A stretch of 64,000 nucleotides of DNA from Fibrobacterales bacterium (GTDB lineage: Bacteria > Fibrobacterota > Fibrobacteria > Fibrobacterales > CADBQJ01). The notes beneath the pieces are model-generated. The model was given only the letters and a program-made list of their open reading frames with translations, was not told the DNA's origin and searched no databases. This document shows, piece after piece, positions 54,022 to 61,542 of this stretch; positions within the stretch are counted from its first letter, which is position 1; the number at the start of each line of letters is the position of its first letter. The stretch is from positions 7,453-71,452 of the forward strand of contig JAGCEZ010000055.1 in assembly GCA_017650365.1 (NCBI GenBank), in the 5' to 3' direction. A program made the position numbers and the translations under genes.

Positions 54022-55314
54022 ATGACCGCGCGCACACGTCTTCTTCTCCCCGCGGTTTCCGCCGCGCTCGCCCTGCTCTGCGCCCTGGCCGCCTGCTCCG
54101 ACGGGACCGGCGCCGAAGAGAAGCGCGAACCTGTCGAGGCGAGCGTCTCCCTCGGCAAGACCGAGATCTCCGACTTCTCCGAATTCCGCGTGGAGTGCGC
54201 CGTGAAGGGAAAGGCCGCGGGCGACACCGTCAAGCTGGCGTTCGAGCTGCCCGAGGGCTTCTCGCTCCGCTACGCCGCCGACGACGACCCCTTCGACCCC
54301 GAGCTGGGCGGGACTCTCCGCGGCGGCGACAAGGTCGTCCTCTCCGACAAGCTGCATCTGGTGCTGCTCGACGAACTCGACGTGATCGTCTCCATCATCG
54401 TCGTCAAGCCCGAGAAGAAGCCGAGCTCCTCCGCGAAGGGAAGTTCTGAAAAGGGCTCCTCCGGAAAGGGCGACTCCTCCGGCTCCGGCTCGTCCGAAGA
54501 GGGCGGTTCCTCCGGCGAGGGAGGTTCCTCCGATTCCGGCTCCTCCGTCGAGGAATCCTCCGGCTCCGGGTCCTCCGAAGCCCTCTCCTCCTCCGAAGAG
54601 AGCAGCTCCTCGTCGGAGGCCGTTCCCGAGCCGCAGCTTCCCGGCTGGACCGCCGCGGCCTGGGGCACCACATCGAACGCGATGGCGACCGAGAAGGACA
54701 ATCGGATCATTGGCTCGGGCGACCATTACCAGGGAAGCGCGAACGCGCAGATCTCCGCCGACCGGATCGTCCTGACCACCGCCGCCTCCAAAAAGCGCAC
54801 CTGCGGCATCGGCATCTGCGGCAGCTGGAGCAGCCGCAACTCCACCGGACTGCTCTTCACCGGATCGGTCTCCGCCGGCGACGCGCAGGCGATGTACAAC
54901 GCCAGCGGGAGCGCATCGGACTTCAGGGGAATCCTCTCCTTCTCCGGCATCCCCTTCGCCGGGAAGCCCGCGGCGTTCGAAGCGAGCTACTCCTACGAGC
55001 ACGTGAACGCGAACGGGCAGCGCGGGCTGATCGTCGTTCTGCTCCTGAACGGCTCCACGCTCGTGGGCTCCGCCGCCAAGGAGATTGGAAGCGCGGAAAC
55101 CCAGCAGAACCTCCAGGTGCCCTTCGTCTACGGCGACGGCGCCTGGTACGACTCCTCGCTCCTCGTCCCCGCCGGTCTGCAGCGCGGCACCGGCTCGGAA
55201 GAGGTGACCTCGGCCGTCGCCCTCTTCGCGTCGAGCGGGACCGGCGCGGGCGACGTGGGCGCGGGATCGTCGTTGACCGTCTCCTCCTTCCGTCTGATCT
55301 ACGGAGGGCCCTAG
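54022..55314 (+). CDS. Lipoprotein with Ser/Gly-rich linker and C-terminal PCMD-like (putative carbohydrate metabolism) domain
   Basis: LCALAAC/SDG lipobox. About 65-aa S/G/E linker. The C-terminal region shares ..GIPFAGKPAAFEASYSY.. and a ..LTVSSFRLIYG ending with the downstream PCMD-like gene. GGAGGGGG SD. Confidence 0.68.
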   Translation: MTARTRLLLPAVSAALALLCALAACSDGTGAEEKREPVEASVSLGKTEISDFSEFRVECAVKGKAAGDTVKLAFELPEGFSLRYAADDDPFDPELGGTLRGGDKVVLSDKLHLVLLDELDVIVSIIVVKPEKKPSSSAKGSSEKGSSGKGDSSGSGSSEEGGSSGEGGSSDSGSSVEESSGSGSSEALSSSEESSSSSEAVPEPQLPGWTAAAWGTTSNAMATEKDNRIIGSGDHYQGSANAQISADRIVLTTAASKKRTCGIGICGSWSSRNSTGLLFTGSVSAGDAQAMYNASGSASDFRGILSFSGIPFAGKPAAFEASYSYEHVNANGQRGLIVVLLLNGSTLVGSAAKEIGSAETQQNLQVPFVYGDGAWYDSSLLVPAGLQRGTGSEEVTSAVALFASSGTGAGDVGAGSSLTVSSFRLIYGGP

Positions 55315-55316
55315 CC

Positions 55317-57200
55317 ATGAAACGGTTCCCGGCCCTTCTCTCCGCGGCGGCGCTGCTCCTTCTGGGGGCGTGCGAAGCCGCCTACGACACCTTCGGCGAC
55401 TCGGACTACAACGCGCTCGACGACTTCGGCTACGCCGAGCAGGAGGGGACGACCAGCGTCGACCTCGAGGCGCACCTCTTCCGCTCCTTCGTGACCGACT
55501 CCGTCCGCCCCGACTCGCTCACGCTCCGCTCGCTGAAGAAGAGCTCGCTCTCCTCGGTCCACCGCGTGCTCAGCAAGATCGACGGCGTGCCCGCCGACTC
55601 GGCGGAACGCGACTCGCTGGCCCGCTGGGTGGCGATCGCGAAGCGGCCCTACGAAAAGGGCGACCGCGTGCAGCTGCCGAAGAGCGGAAAGATCTACCTG
55701 GTCTCGGTCTCGGAATCGGGCCGGCGCGACCTCTGGCTCTCGCAGGTGGAGGTGACCCTGGAAGGGGGCGAGGGCGAAGGCGGCGGAAACGGCGGCGAAG
55801 GCGGGAGCGGCGGCCAGGGCGGCGGCGACAAGCCCAGGCCGAAGAGCGGCGACGTCTCGCTCTCCGTGACGCTCGTCGGGCAAGTGGGCGCGAACGTCTT
55901 CCCCGGCGGCGAAGGGCTGCCCGACACGCTCGCGGCGATGGTCCCCGCCGGCGTGCCGCTGACCGCGCTCGAAGTGGCTTCCGTCAAGCTGGGCGCAGGC
56001 GCCGCCGTCGAGCCCGACCCCTACGGCGTCTCCGACTTCTCCTCGCCCGTCGCGTTCCGCGTGACCGCCGAAGACGGCGCGACGAAGGACTACCTGCTGG
56101 TGGCGGCCAACGCGCCCGAGGACTTCGTGGCCTCGCCTCCCCCGCGGCTCCTCTCCTTCTCCAGCGGGACGAACGCCGTGACGATCGACACCGTCGCCCG
56201 CACGGTCTTCGTCGAGACGGAGTACCTGGCCGACCTGAAGGCCGTGCCCGTCTCCTTCTCGCTGAGCGAGAACGCGACGGCGACCGGGCTCGTCTCCGGC
56301 GGAACCGCCGACCTCTCGCGCCCGGTCGTCCTGACGGTGGCCAACGACATGGGGCTGACCGCGGAATACCGCGTGCAGGCAGGCTGCCAGATTCCCTTCT
56401 CGGACTTCGACAGCTGGACCTCCACCAACCGGACCGTGATGACGGGCCATTGGACCGTCCCGGGGAGCTCCGCGACCTTCGACACCCTCTGGGACAACGG
56501 CAACCAGTACGGCGTGGCGCTCGTGGGCGACATCATCCTCTCGCAGAGGCAGAGCAGCGGAAGCCGCGTCTACGCCCATCTGGAGACCGTCAACAAGGTC
56601 AAGCTGGCCAGCGGGAACCTCTTCACCGCGAAAATGAACCCCAAGGGAGTGGGCGCGCTCAACATGTCCTCGTACAAGGACGGCAACGAGCTGATCGACT
56701 TCGGGCGCCCCTTCGCCGGCCGTCCGACCGCGATCGAGTTCACGGCGAAGTACTCCCCCGCGGGACAGGACTCCTGCGACCTCTACGTGCTGCTGGAGAA
56801 CCGGGGCGACCGCAACAGCAACGTCGGCCGCAGCACCGCGCAGAAGAACTACCTCGTGGCCTCGGCCTGGTACCGCTCCACCACCGACCACGACGCCTCG
56901 CTCCCCGACGTGGAGTCGATTTCCGAACCGGACGCCGACGGGTTCCGCACGATCCGCCTCCGGCTGAAATACGGCGAGCCGCTGGCGGGCTCCCCCATCT
57001 TCCGCTCGGCCGCCTTCGCGACCTCGCTCGAAAACAAGAACGGGATCTTCAACGCCGTCACCCGGGGCGACGCCTACGCCGACTACGACGTGACCCACAT
57101 CCGCGTCGTGATGGCCTCGAGCGCCGACGGCAACCACTACAACGGTTCCGCGGGATCCGCGCTCGACGTGGACGAAGTGCGCCTGGTCTACGGCGACTGA
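55317..57200 (+). CDS. Lipoprotein with two cadherin-like beta-sandwich repeats and a C-terminal PCMD domain
   Basis: LLLLGAC/EA lipobox. ..SDFSSPVAFRVTAEDGATKDYLLV.. and ..LSRPVVLTVANDMGLTAEYRVQ.. repeats. PCMD pattern IPFSDFDSW..LWDNGNQ..LFTAKMN..FGRPFAGRPTAIEFTAKYSP..LDVDEVRLVYG. Confidence 0.75.
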   Translation: MKRFPALLSAAALLLLGACEAAYDTFGDSDYNALDDFGYAEQEGTTSVDLEAHLFRSFVTDSVRPDSLTLRSLKKSSLSSVHRVLSKIDGVPADSAERDSLARWVAIAKRPYEKGDRVQLPKSGKIYLVSVSESGRRDLWLSQVEVTLEGGEGEGGGNGGEGGSGGQGGGDKPRPKSGDVSLSVTLVGQVGANVFPGGEGLPDTLAAMVPAGVPLTALEVASVKLGAGAAVEPDPYGVSDFSSPVAFRVTAEDGATKDYLLVAANAPEDFVASPPPRLLSFSSGTNAVTIDTVARTVFVETEYLADLKAVPVSFSLSENATATGLVSGGTADLSRPVVLTVANDMGLTAEYRVQAGCQIPFSDFDSWTSTNRTVMTGHWTVPGSSATFDTLWDNGNQYGVALVGDIILSQRQSSGSRVYAHLETVNKVKLASGNLFTAKMNPKGVGALNMSSYKDGNELIDFGRPFAGRPTAIEFTAKYSPAGQDSCDLYVLLENRGDRNSNVGRSTAQKNYLVASAWYRSTTDHDASLPDVESISEPDADGFRTIRLRLKYGEPLAGSPIFRSAAFATSLENKNGIFNAVTRGDAYADYDVTHIRVVMASSADGNHYNGSAGSALDVDEVRLVYGD

Positions 57201-57294
57201 CCGGACCCGGCGGGGACTTTCCGAAATCCTTTTTTCGGCCTACTCGAACGGCTCCGCAAGCCCGGTTTTACAAAGCCCGGGCCCGCGCAAGGGG

Positions 57295-57302
57295 TAGATT
57301 TC
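57295..57302 (+). promoter_or_regulatory. -7 box TAGATTTC for GH18 paralog 1
   Basis: GGGGTAGATTTCGG, 34 nt before the ATG. Conserved with the paralog 2 upstream region. Confidence 0.5.
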
Positions 57303-57336
57303 GGTCAAAGACCTCCCGCAGCCCAAGGGGACAGAC

Positions 57337-58890
57337 ATGAAATTCCCGGCCCTTTCCGCCGCCACCGTCCTTTCCGCCCTGCTCGCGTCCGCGGCGCTGA
57401 CCGCCTGCGGCGACTCGGGGACCTCCAACTCCGGCGGTTCCGGCTCCGGCGACGCGAAGTTCCGGGCCGAGGAGTACTGCTTCCTCAACGCGGACCTCGC
57501 GGCGTCGCTCGGCGTTTCGGACTGCGCCGCCCTGACCGACGAGCAGCGCGCGGAGTTCGAAGGACACTACGAGGCGTCCGGCAAGGCCGAAGGGCGCTGG
57601 TGGAACGTCCGGGCGCAATGCTCGGACCGTCTGGAAGCCGACGTCCCGCTCCCCTGCTCCGCCGACTCGATCGCGGCGCTCCGCAAGTGCTCCGACGACG
57701 GATGCCCGGAGGCGCTGGAGGCCTGCATGGCCGGCGTCTCCGCCCTCTCGTCCGCCCTCCCCTGCGACTTCGGGACGGTGCAGTACTTCCGCGCCTGCCA
57801 GGCGGCGAAAAGCGCGCTGTGCCTCGGGCTGACCATGCGCGACGCCGACTACCTCGCAGCCAGCTGGCTCCTCGAAGGCAAAAAGGAGGAATGGGCCTAC
57901 ACGAACGTCCCCGCGGACTTCAGCGCCTCCGGCTACTGCGACCTCAACCCCGCGGTCAAGGCGATCTACGGCCCGGACTGCGACGAGCGGACCGTCTCCT
58001 GGCACTACGTCCTCTTCGGAAAGCCGCAGGGGCTGCAGTACAAGACCGAGGAGATCGTCGATCCCTACGCGGACTACCGGGCGATTGCGAACGAACCCGC
58101 GTTCAAGATCGTCGGCTACGTCCAGACCGGCACCTCGGGCGGATGGAACGCGGACCACTACAAACACGCGACGCACCTCGTGGTCTTCGGACCGGAGACG
58201 AACGCGAACGGCGACATCGTCTGGAAGGGAACCTCCCCCGAAGACCTGAAGGCCTGGGGCTACTACGGATCCAAGACCGACACCCGCGTCATGGTCGCGA
58301 TCGGCGGATGGGGCAAGTCGAACGGCTTCACGGCCATGGCGAACAGCGCGACGGCGCGCGAGAACTTCGTGAACCAGCTGGCCGCGCTCAAGGACTACCA
58401 CGTCTACGGCGTCGACATCGACTGGGAGAACGACGGCAACACCTGGCCCTACCCCGGTTCCGGCGTCAACGCCCTGCTGTCCGACATGGCGGCGAAGCTG
58501 CATCCGCTGGGGATGAAGATCAGCATCGCCCTCGCCTCCACGACCGCGGGCGGGCTGAACGCGACCGGGGCCGCCGCCGTCGACTGGATCAACGTGATGT
58601 GCTACGACGGCAGCAACCACGGGACCTTCGCCAAGATCGCCTCCTGCAAGGAGACCTACGCCGGATACCAGTCGAAATCGGTGATCGGCGTGCCGTTCTA
58701 CGTCGGCAACACCGCGTACAGCAAGGGCGCCTCGAGCGAAGTGGTCGGCCTGGACGGGATGGCGACGGCGACGAACTCCATCAAGAGCTGGGGCCCCGGC
58801 ATCATGATCTGGGACCTCAGCCACGACAAGACCGATCCGGAATCCTCGCTGTTGGTCAAAATCGCCGAAACGGCGGGCTACAATCCCTAA
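57337..58890 (+). CDS. GH18-like (chitinase/endo-beta-N-acetylglucosaminidase family) lipoprotein, paralog 1
   Basis: AALTAC/GDS lipobox. Cys-rich N-terminal module. GH18 core ..VMVAIGGWGKSNGF.. and YGVDIDWEN (DxDxE catalytic motif), ..WINVMCYD.., ..GIMIWDLSHD.. Confidence 0.8.
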   Translation: MKFPALSAATVLSALLASAALTACGDSGTSNSGGSGSGDAKFRAEEYCFLNADLAASLGVSDCAALTDEQRAEFEGHYEASGKAEGRWWNVRAQCSDRLEADVPLPCSADSIAALRKCSDDGCPEALEACMAGVSALSSALPCDFGTVQYFRACQAAKSALCLGLTMRDADYLAASWLLEGKKEEWAYTNVPADFSASGYCDLNPAVKAIYGPDCDERTVSWHYVLFGKPQGLQYKTEEIVDPYADYRAIANEPAFKIVGYVQTGTSGGWNADHYKHATHLVVFGPETNANGDIVWKGTSPEDLKAWGYYGSKTDTRVMVAIGGWGKSNGFTAMANSATARENFVNQLAALKDYHVYGVDIDWENDGNTWPYPGSGVNALLSDMAAKLHPLGMKISIALASTTAGGLNATGAAAVDWINVMCYDGSNHGTFAKIASCKETYAGYQSKSVIGVPFYVGNTAYSKGASSEVVGLDGMATATNSIKSWGPGIMIWDLSHDKTDPESSLLVKIAETAGYNP

Positions 58891-58934
58891 AACGCCCTCA
58901 AAAGAGGACGGGAACAGGTGAATTTTGCCTTTAC
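58891..58934 (+). other. Decayed relic of the DTW-gene 5' end, carried along by the GH18 tandem duplication
   Basis: 'aacgcc..gGTGAATTTTGCCTTTAc' after the GH18-1 stop aligns with 'aacgct..cGGGAATTTTGCCTTTGc' after the GH18-2 stop, which is the real DTW N-terminus REFCLC. The register is offset by one codon (30 vs 33 nt from the stop). Confidence 0.55.
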
Positions 58935-58961
58935 CCGGCGAATTCGGCCGCGGCGAGGGGC

Positions 58962-58969
58962 TAGATTTC
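58962..58969 (+). promoter_or_regulatory. -7 box TAGATTTC for GH18 paralog 2
   Basis: GGGGCTAGATTTCC, 38 nt before the ATG. Confidence 0.5.
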
Positions 58970-59007
58970 CAGAAGATGCACATCCCGCCTTTCCAAGGGG
59001 GAGAACG

Positions 59008-60882
59008 ATGAAACACGCGCTCATTTCCGGTTCCCTCGGCCTGTTGGCCGGCGCAGGCCTTCTCGTCGCCTGCGGCGAGTCGGGCGGCTCCTCGCCCACC
59101 CCCGTCCAAGGGGGGATCGACTCCTGCGTCGGCGAATACGCCGGGCAGATTCCCGCCGACTTCTCGGCCAGCGGCTACGCCGCGGCCAATCCCGACCTCG
59201 CCGCAGCCATCTGCATCGACGGCGCCTGCGACGGCGCCGACGAATGCCGCGACCTCGTCCGGCACTGGGTCAACTACGGCCAGGGCGAAGGCCGGACCTA
59301 CGACGCCCCCGTCGTCCCCTCCTCCGAGACGGGCTCGTCGGAAGGCGGGAGCTCCGAAGGGGGCAATTCCGCCGGAACGCCGTCCAGCTCCTCGATCAAG
59401 GCCTTCTCCTCCGCGGCCCCGGGCACGCTGCCCGCGGAATTCCGCGCCGAGGAGTACTGCTTCCTCAACACCGACGTCGCGGGCGTTCTCGGCGTCTCGA
59501 ACTGCACGGGCCTGACCGACGGACAGCGCGGGCAGCTCGAAAACCACTACCTCTCCTCCGGCGCCTCCGAAGGGCGCTGGTGGAACGTCGAAGTGCAGTG
59601 TTCGCAGCGCGCCCTCTACGAAGCGCAGCTTCCCTGCTCCGCCGACTCGATCGCCGCGCTCCGCAAATGCACCGACGCGGAATGCCAGTCCAAGCTCTCG
59701 GCCTGCATGGCGGGCGTCCACGAACTCGCCGCCTCCGAGCTGCCCTGCGACTTCGGCAAGGTGAACTACTTCCGCGCCTGCCAGAACGCGCAGAGCAAGC
59801 TCTGCCTCGCGTCGACCTACACCGAAACCGACTACCTCGCCGCCAGCTGGTTCCTCGAAGGGCGCGAGAACGGCTGGGCCTACACGAACGTCCCCGCGGA
59901 CTTCAGCGCCTCCGGCTACTGCGACCTCAACCCCTCGGTCAAGGCGATCTACGGCCCGACCTGCGACCAGCAGACCGCCGCCTGGCACTACGTCCTCTTC
60001 GGCAAGTCGCAGAACCTGCAGTACAAGAGCCAGGAGATCGTCGACCCCTTCGCCGACTACACGCCCATCACCACCGAGCCGTCGTTCAAGATCGTCGGCT
60101 ATGTCCAGAGCGGCACCAACGGCGGATGGAACGCGGACTACTACAAGAAGGCGACCCACCTGGTCATCTTCGGACCAGAGGTGGATGCCAATGGCAACAT
60201 CGTCTGGATAGGAACGAGCAAGGACGACCTGAAGTACTGGGCCTACCAGGGATCCAAGACCGACACCCGCATCATGGTCGCCATCGGCGGTGCGGATGGT
60301 ACTGCCCGGGGTGGTCGAAACAAGTCCGCCAACTTCTCCGCCATCGCCAATGCCGGTGCTGCCCAGACCAACTTCCTCAACCAACTCGCCGAGCTCAAGG
60401 ACTACTGGGTCTGGGGCGTGGACATCGACCGCGAAGACGTCTGGCCCTACGGAGCCGGACTGGATCAGCTTGTTCCCGCGATCTACAACAAAATCCACCC
60501 GCTGGGGATGAAGGTCACCGTCGCCACGGGCAGCCAAAACAACGGCCTCGGCGCCTGGGGCAGCGTCGACTGGGTCAACGTGATGTGCTACGACTTCAAC
60601 GGCAACGCGTCGAGTTGCCCCGGCACCTGCATGAACTCCAGCAGCTACCCGACCCACAAAAGCCAGACCGCCATCGGCGTCCCCTTCTACACAGGCGCCG
60701 GCTCATACCTTTCCGGCGCCACCAACGATCTGGTCAGCTTGAGCGGCATCGCCACGGCCACCTCCAACATCAAGAACAACGGCTTCGCGGGCATCATGAT
60801 CTGGGACCTCTCCCAGGACAAGACCGACGCGAGCAACTCGTTGCTCTACAAGATCGCCGCGACGGCGGGGTACAATCCCTGA
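59008..60882 (+). CDS. GH18-like lipoprotein, paralog 2 (extra N-terminal repeat plus Ser/Gly linker)
   Basis: GLLVAC/GES lipobox. ATG 59008 follows AAGGGGGAGA. GH18 core ..IMVAIGG.., WGVDIDRED (DxDxE retained, W->R), ..WVNVMCYD.., ..GIMIWDLSQD.. Confidence 0.8.
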   Translation: MKHALISGSLGLLAGAGLLVACGESGGSSPTPVQGGIDSCVGEYAGQIPADFSASGYAAANPDLAAAICIDGACDGADECRDLVRHWVNYGQGEGRTYDAPVVPSSETGSSEGGSSEGGNSAGTPSSSSIKAFSSAAPGTLPAEFRAEEYCFLNTDVAGVLGVSNCTGLTDGQRGQLENHYLSSGASEGRWWNVEVQCSQRALYEAQLPCSADSIAALRKCTDAECQSKLSACMAGVHELAASELPCDFGKVNYFRACQNAQSKLCLASTYTETDYLAASWFLEGRENGWAYTNVPADFSASGYCDLNPSVKAIYGPTCDQQTAAWHYVLFGKSQNLQYKSQEIVDPFADYTPITTEPSFKIVGYVQSGTNGGWNADYYKKATHLVIFGPEVDANGNIVWIGTSKDDLKYWAYQGSKTDTRIMVAIGGADGTARGGRNKSANFSAIANAGAAQTNFLNQLAELKDYWVWGVDIDREDVWPYGAGLDQLVPAIYNKIHPLGMKVTVATGSQNNGLGAWGSVDWVNVMCYDFNGNASSCPGTCMNSSSYPTHKSQTAIGVPFYTGAGSYLSGATNDLVSLSGIATATSNIKNNGFAGIMIWDLSQDKTDASNSLLYKIAATAGYNP

Positions 60883-61542
60883 CCGAACGCTGCCTGAAAT
60901 GCTGGCGCACGCGGGAATTTTGCCTTTGCGGCAAAGTTCCCGTTTTCGACAGCTCCGTCCGCGTCGGCCTCCTGCGCCACCCCAACGAGCGGCGCAAGAC
61001 GATCGGCACGGCGATGCTCGCGCACACCTGCCTGAAGAACAGCTTCCTGCTCGACGGCGTGGACTTCTCGGAGGACAGGAGGCTCCGCGCCGAGCTGGAG
61101 CGGTTCGCGCCGGACGAGGTCGCGCTGCTCTTCCCCGGGCCGGCGGCGCGGCCGATCGAGGAGGCGCGCGGGACGCTGAAGTGCCTGCTCGCGCTGGACG
61201 GCACCTGGAACGAGGCGAAGAAGATCCTCCACTACACGCCGTTTCTGCAGACGCTGCCGCGCGTCGCCTTCGCGCCCGCGGAGCCGAGCACCTACCGCAT
61301 CCGGAAGGAGCCCCGGCCCGAGTGCGTCTCGACCATCGAGGCGATCGCGCACTCCCTGCGGGCGCTCGGCGAGGACGAGGAGGTTTCGCGGAACCTGAAG
61401 GCGGCCTTCGACCTGATGGTGGAACGTCAGCTGGCCTTCGGGCACTCCGCCCCGCGACAGAAGCTGAGCATGCAGCGTCGCGAGCAGCGGCTGCGCGAGG
61501 GGTTCGTCAACTGGTGGCTGATGAGCACGAACCCCGAGCAGG

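Larger units (their letters stand above)
57285..58934 (+). repeat. Tandem duplication unit 1 (promoter box, GH18 gene, relic of downstream DTW 5' end)
   Basis: Similarity to unit 2 starts at ..gcgcaaggggTAGATTTC and ends at GAATTTTGCCTTT. Boundaries are approximate. Confidence 0.6.
58953..60931 (+). repeat. Tandem duplication unit 2 (promoter box, GH18 gene, genuine DTW 5' end)
   Basis: See unit 1. About 310 bp longer because of an extra N-terminal repeat and a Ser/Gly linker. Confidence 0.6.

Noticed and set aside
54420-55830. Short repetitive stretches (Ser/Gly/Glu-coding 54420-54620; Gly/Glu-coding 55770-55830), considered as possible CRISPR or tandem-repeat arrays
   Set aside because: They are in-frame low-complexity linkers of lipoproteins, with no repeat-spacer periodicity and no adjacent cas genes.
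57260-57282. GC hairpin GCCCGG-ttttacaaagc-CCGGGC between the PCMD gene and GH18-1, considered as a terminator
   Set aside because: Only a 6-bp stem with an 11-nt loop and no U-run. Not conserved upstream of GH18-2. Left unassigned.
53152-60657. Minus ORFs 53152..55002 (616 aa), 55311..57137 (608 aa), 57268..60657 (1129 aa) and plus ORFs 55370..57340, 57600..58964
   Set aside because: Antisense or out-of-frame shadows of the OMP, PCMD and GH18 genes, which have lipoboxes and catalytic motifs in the chosen frames.
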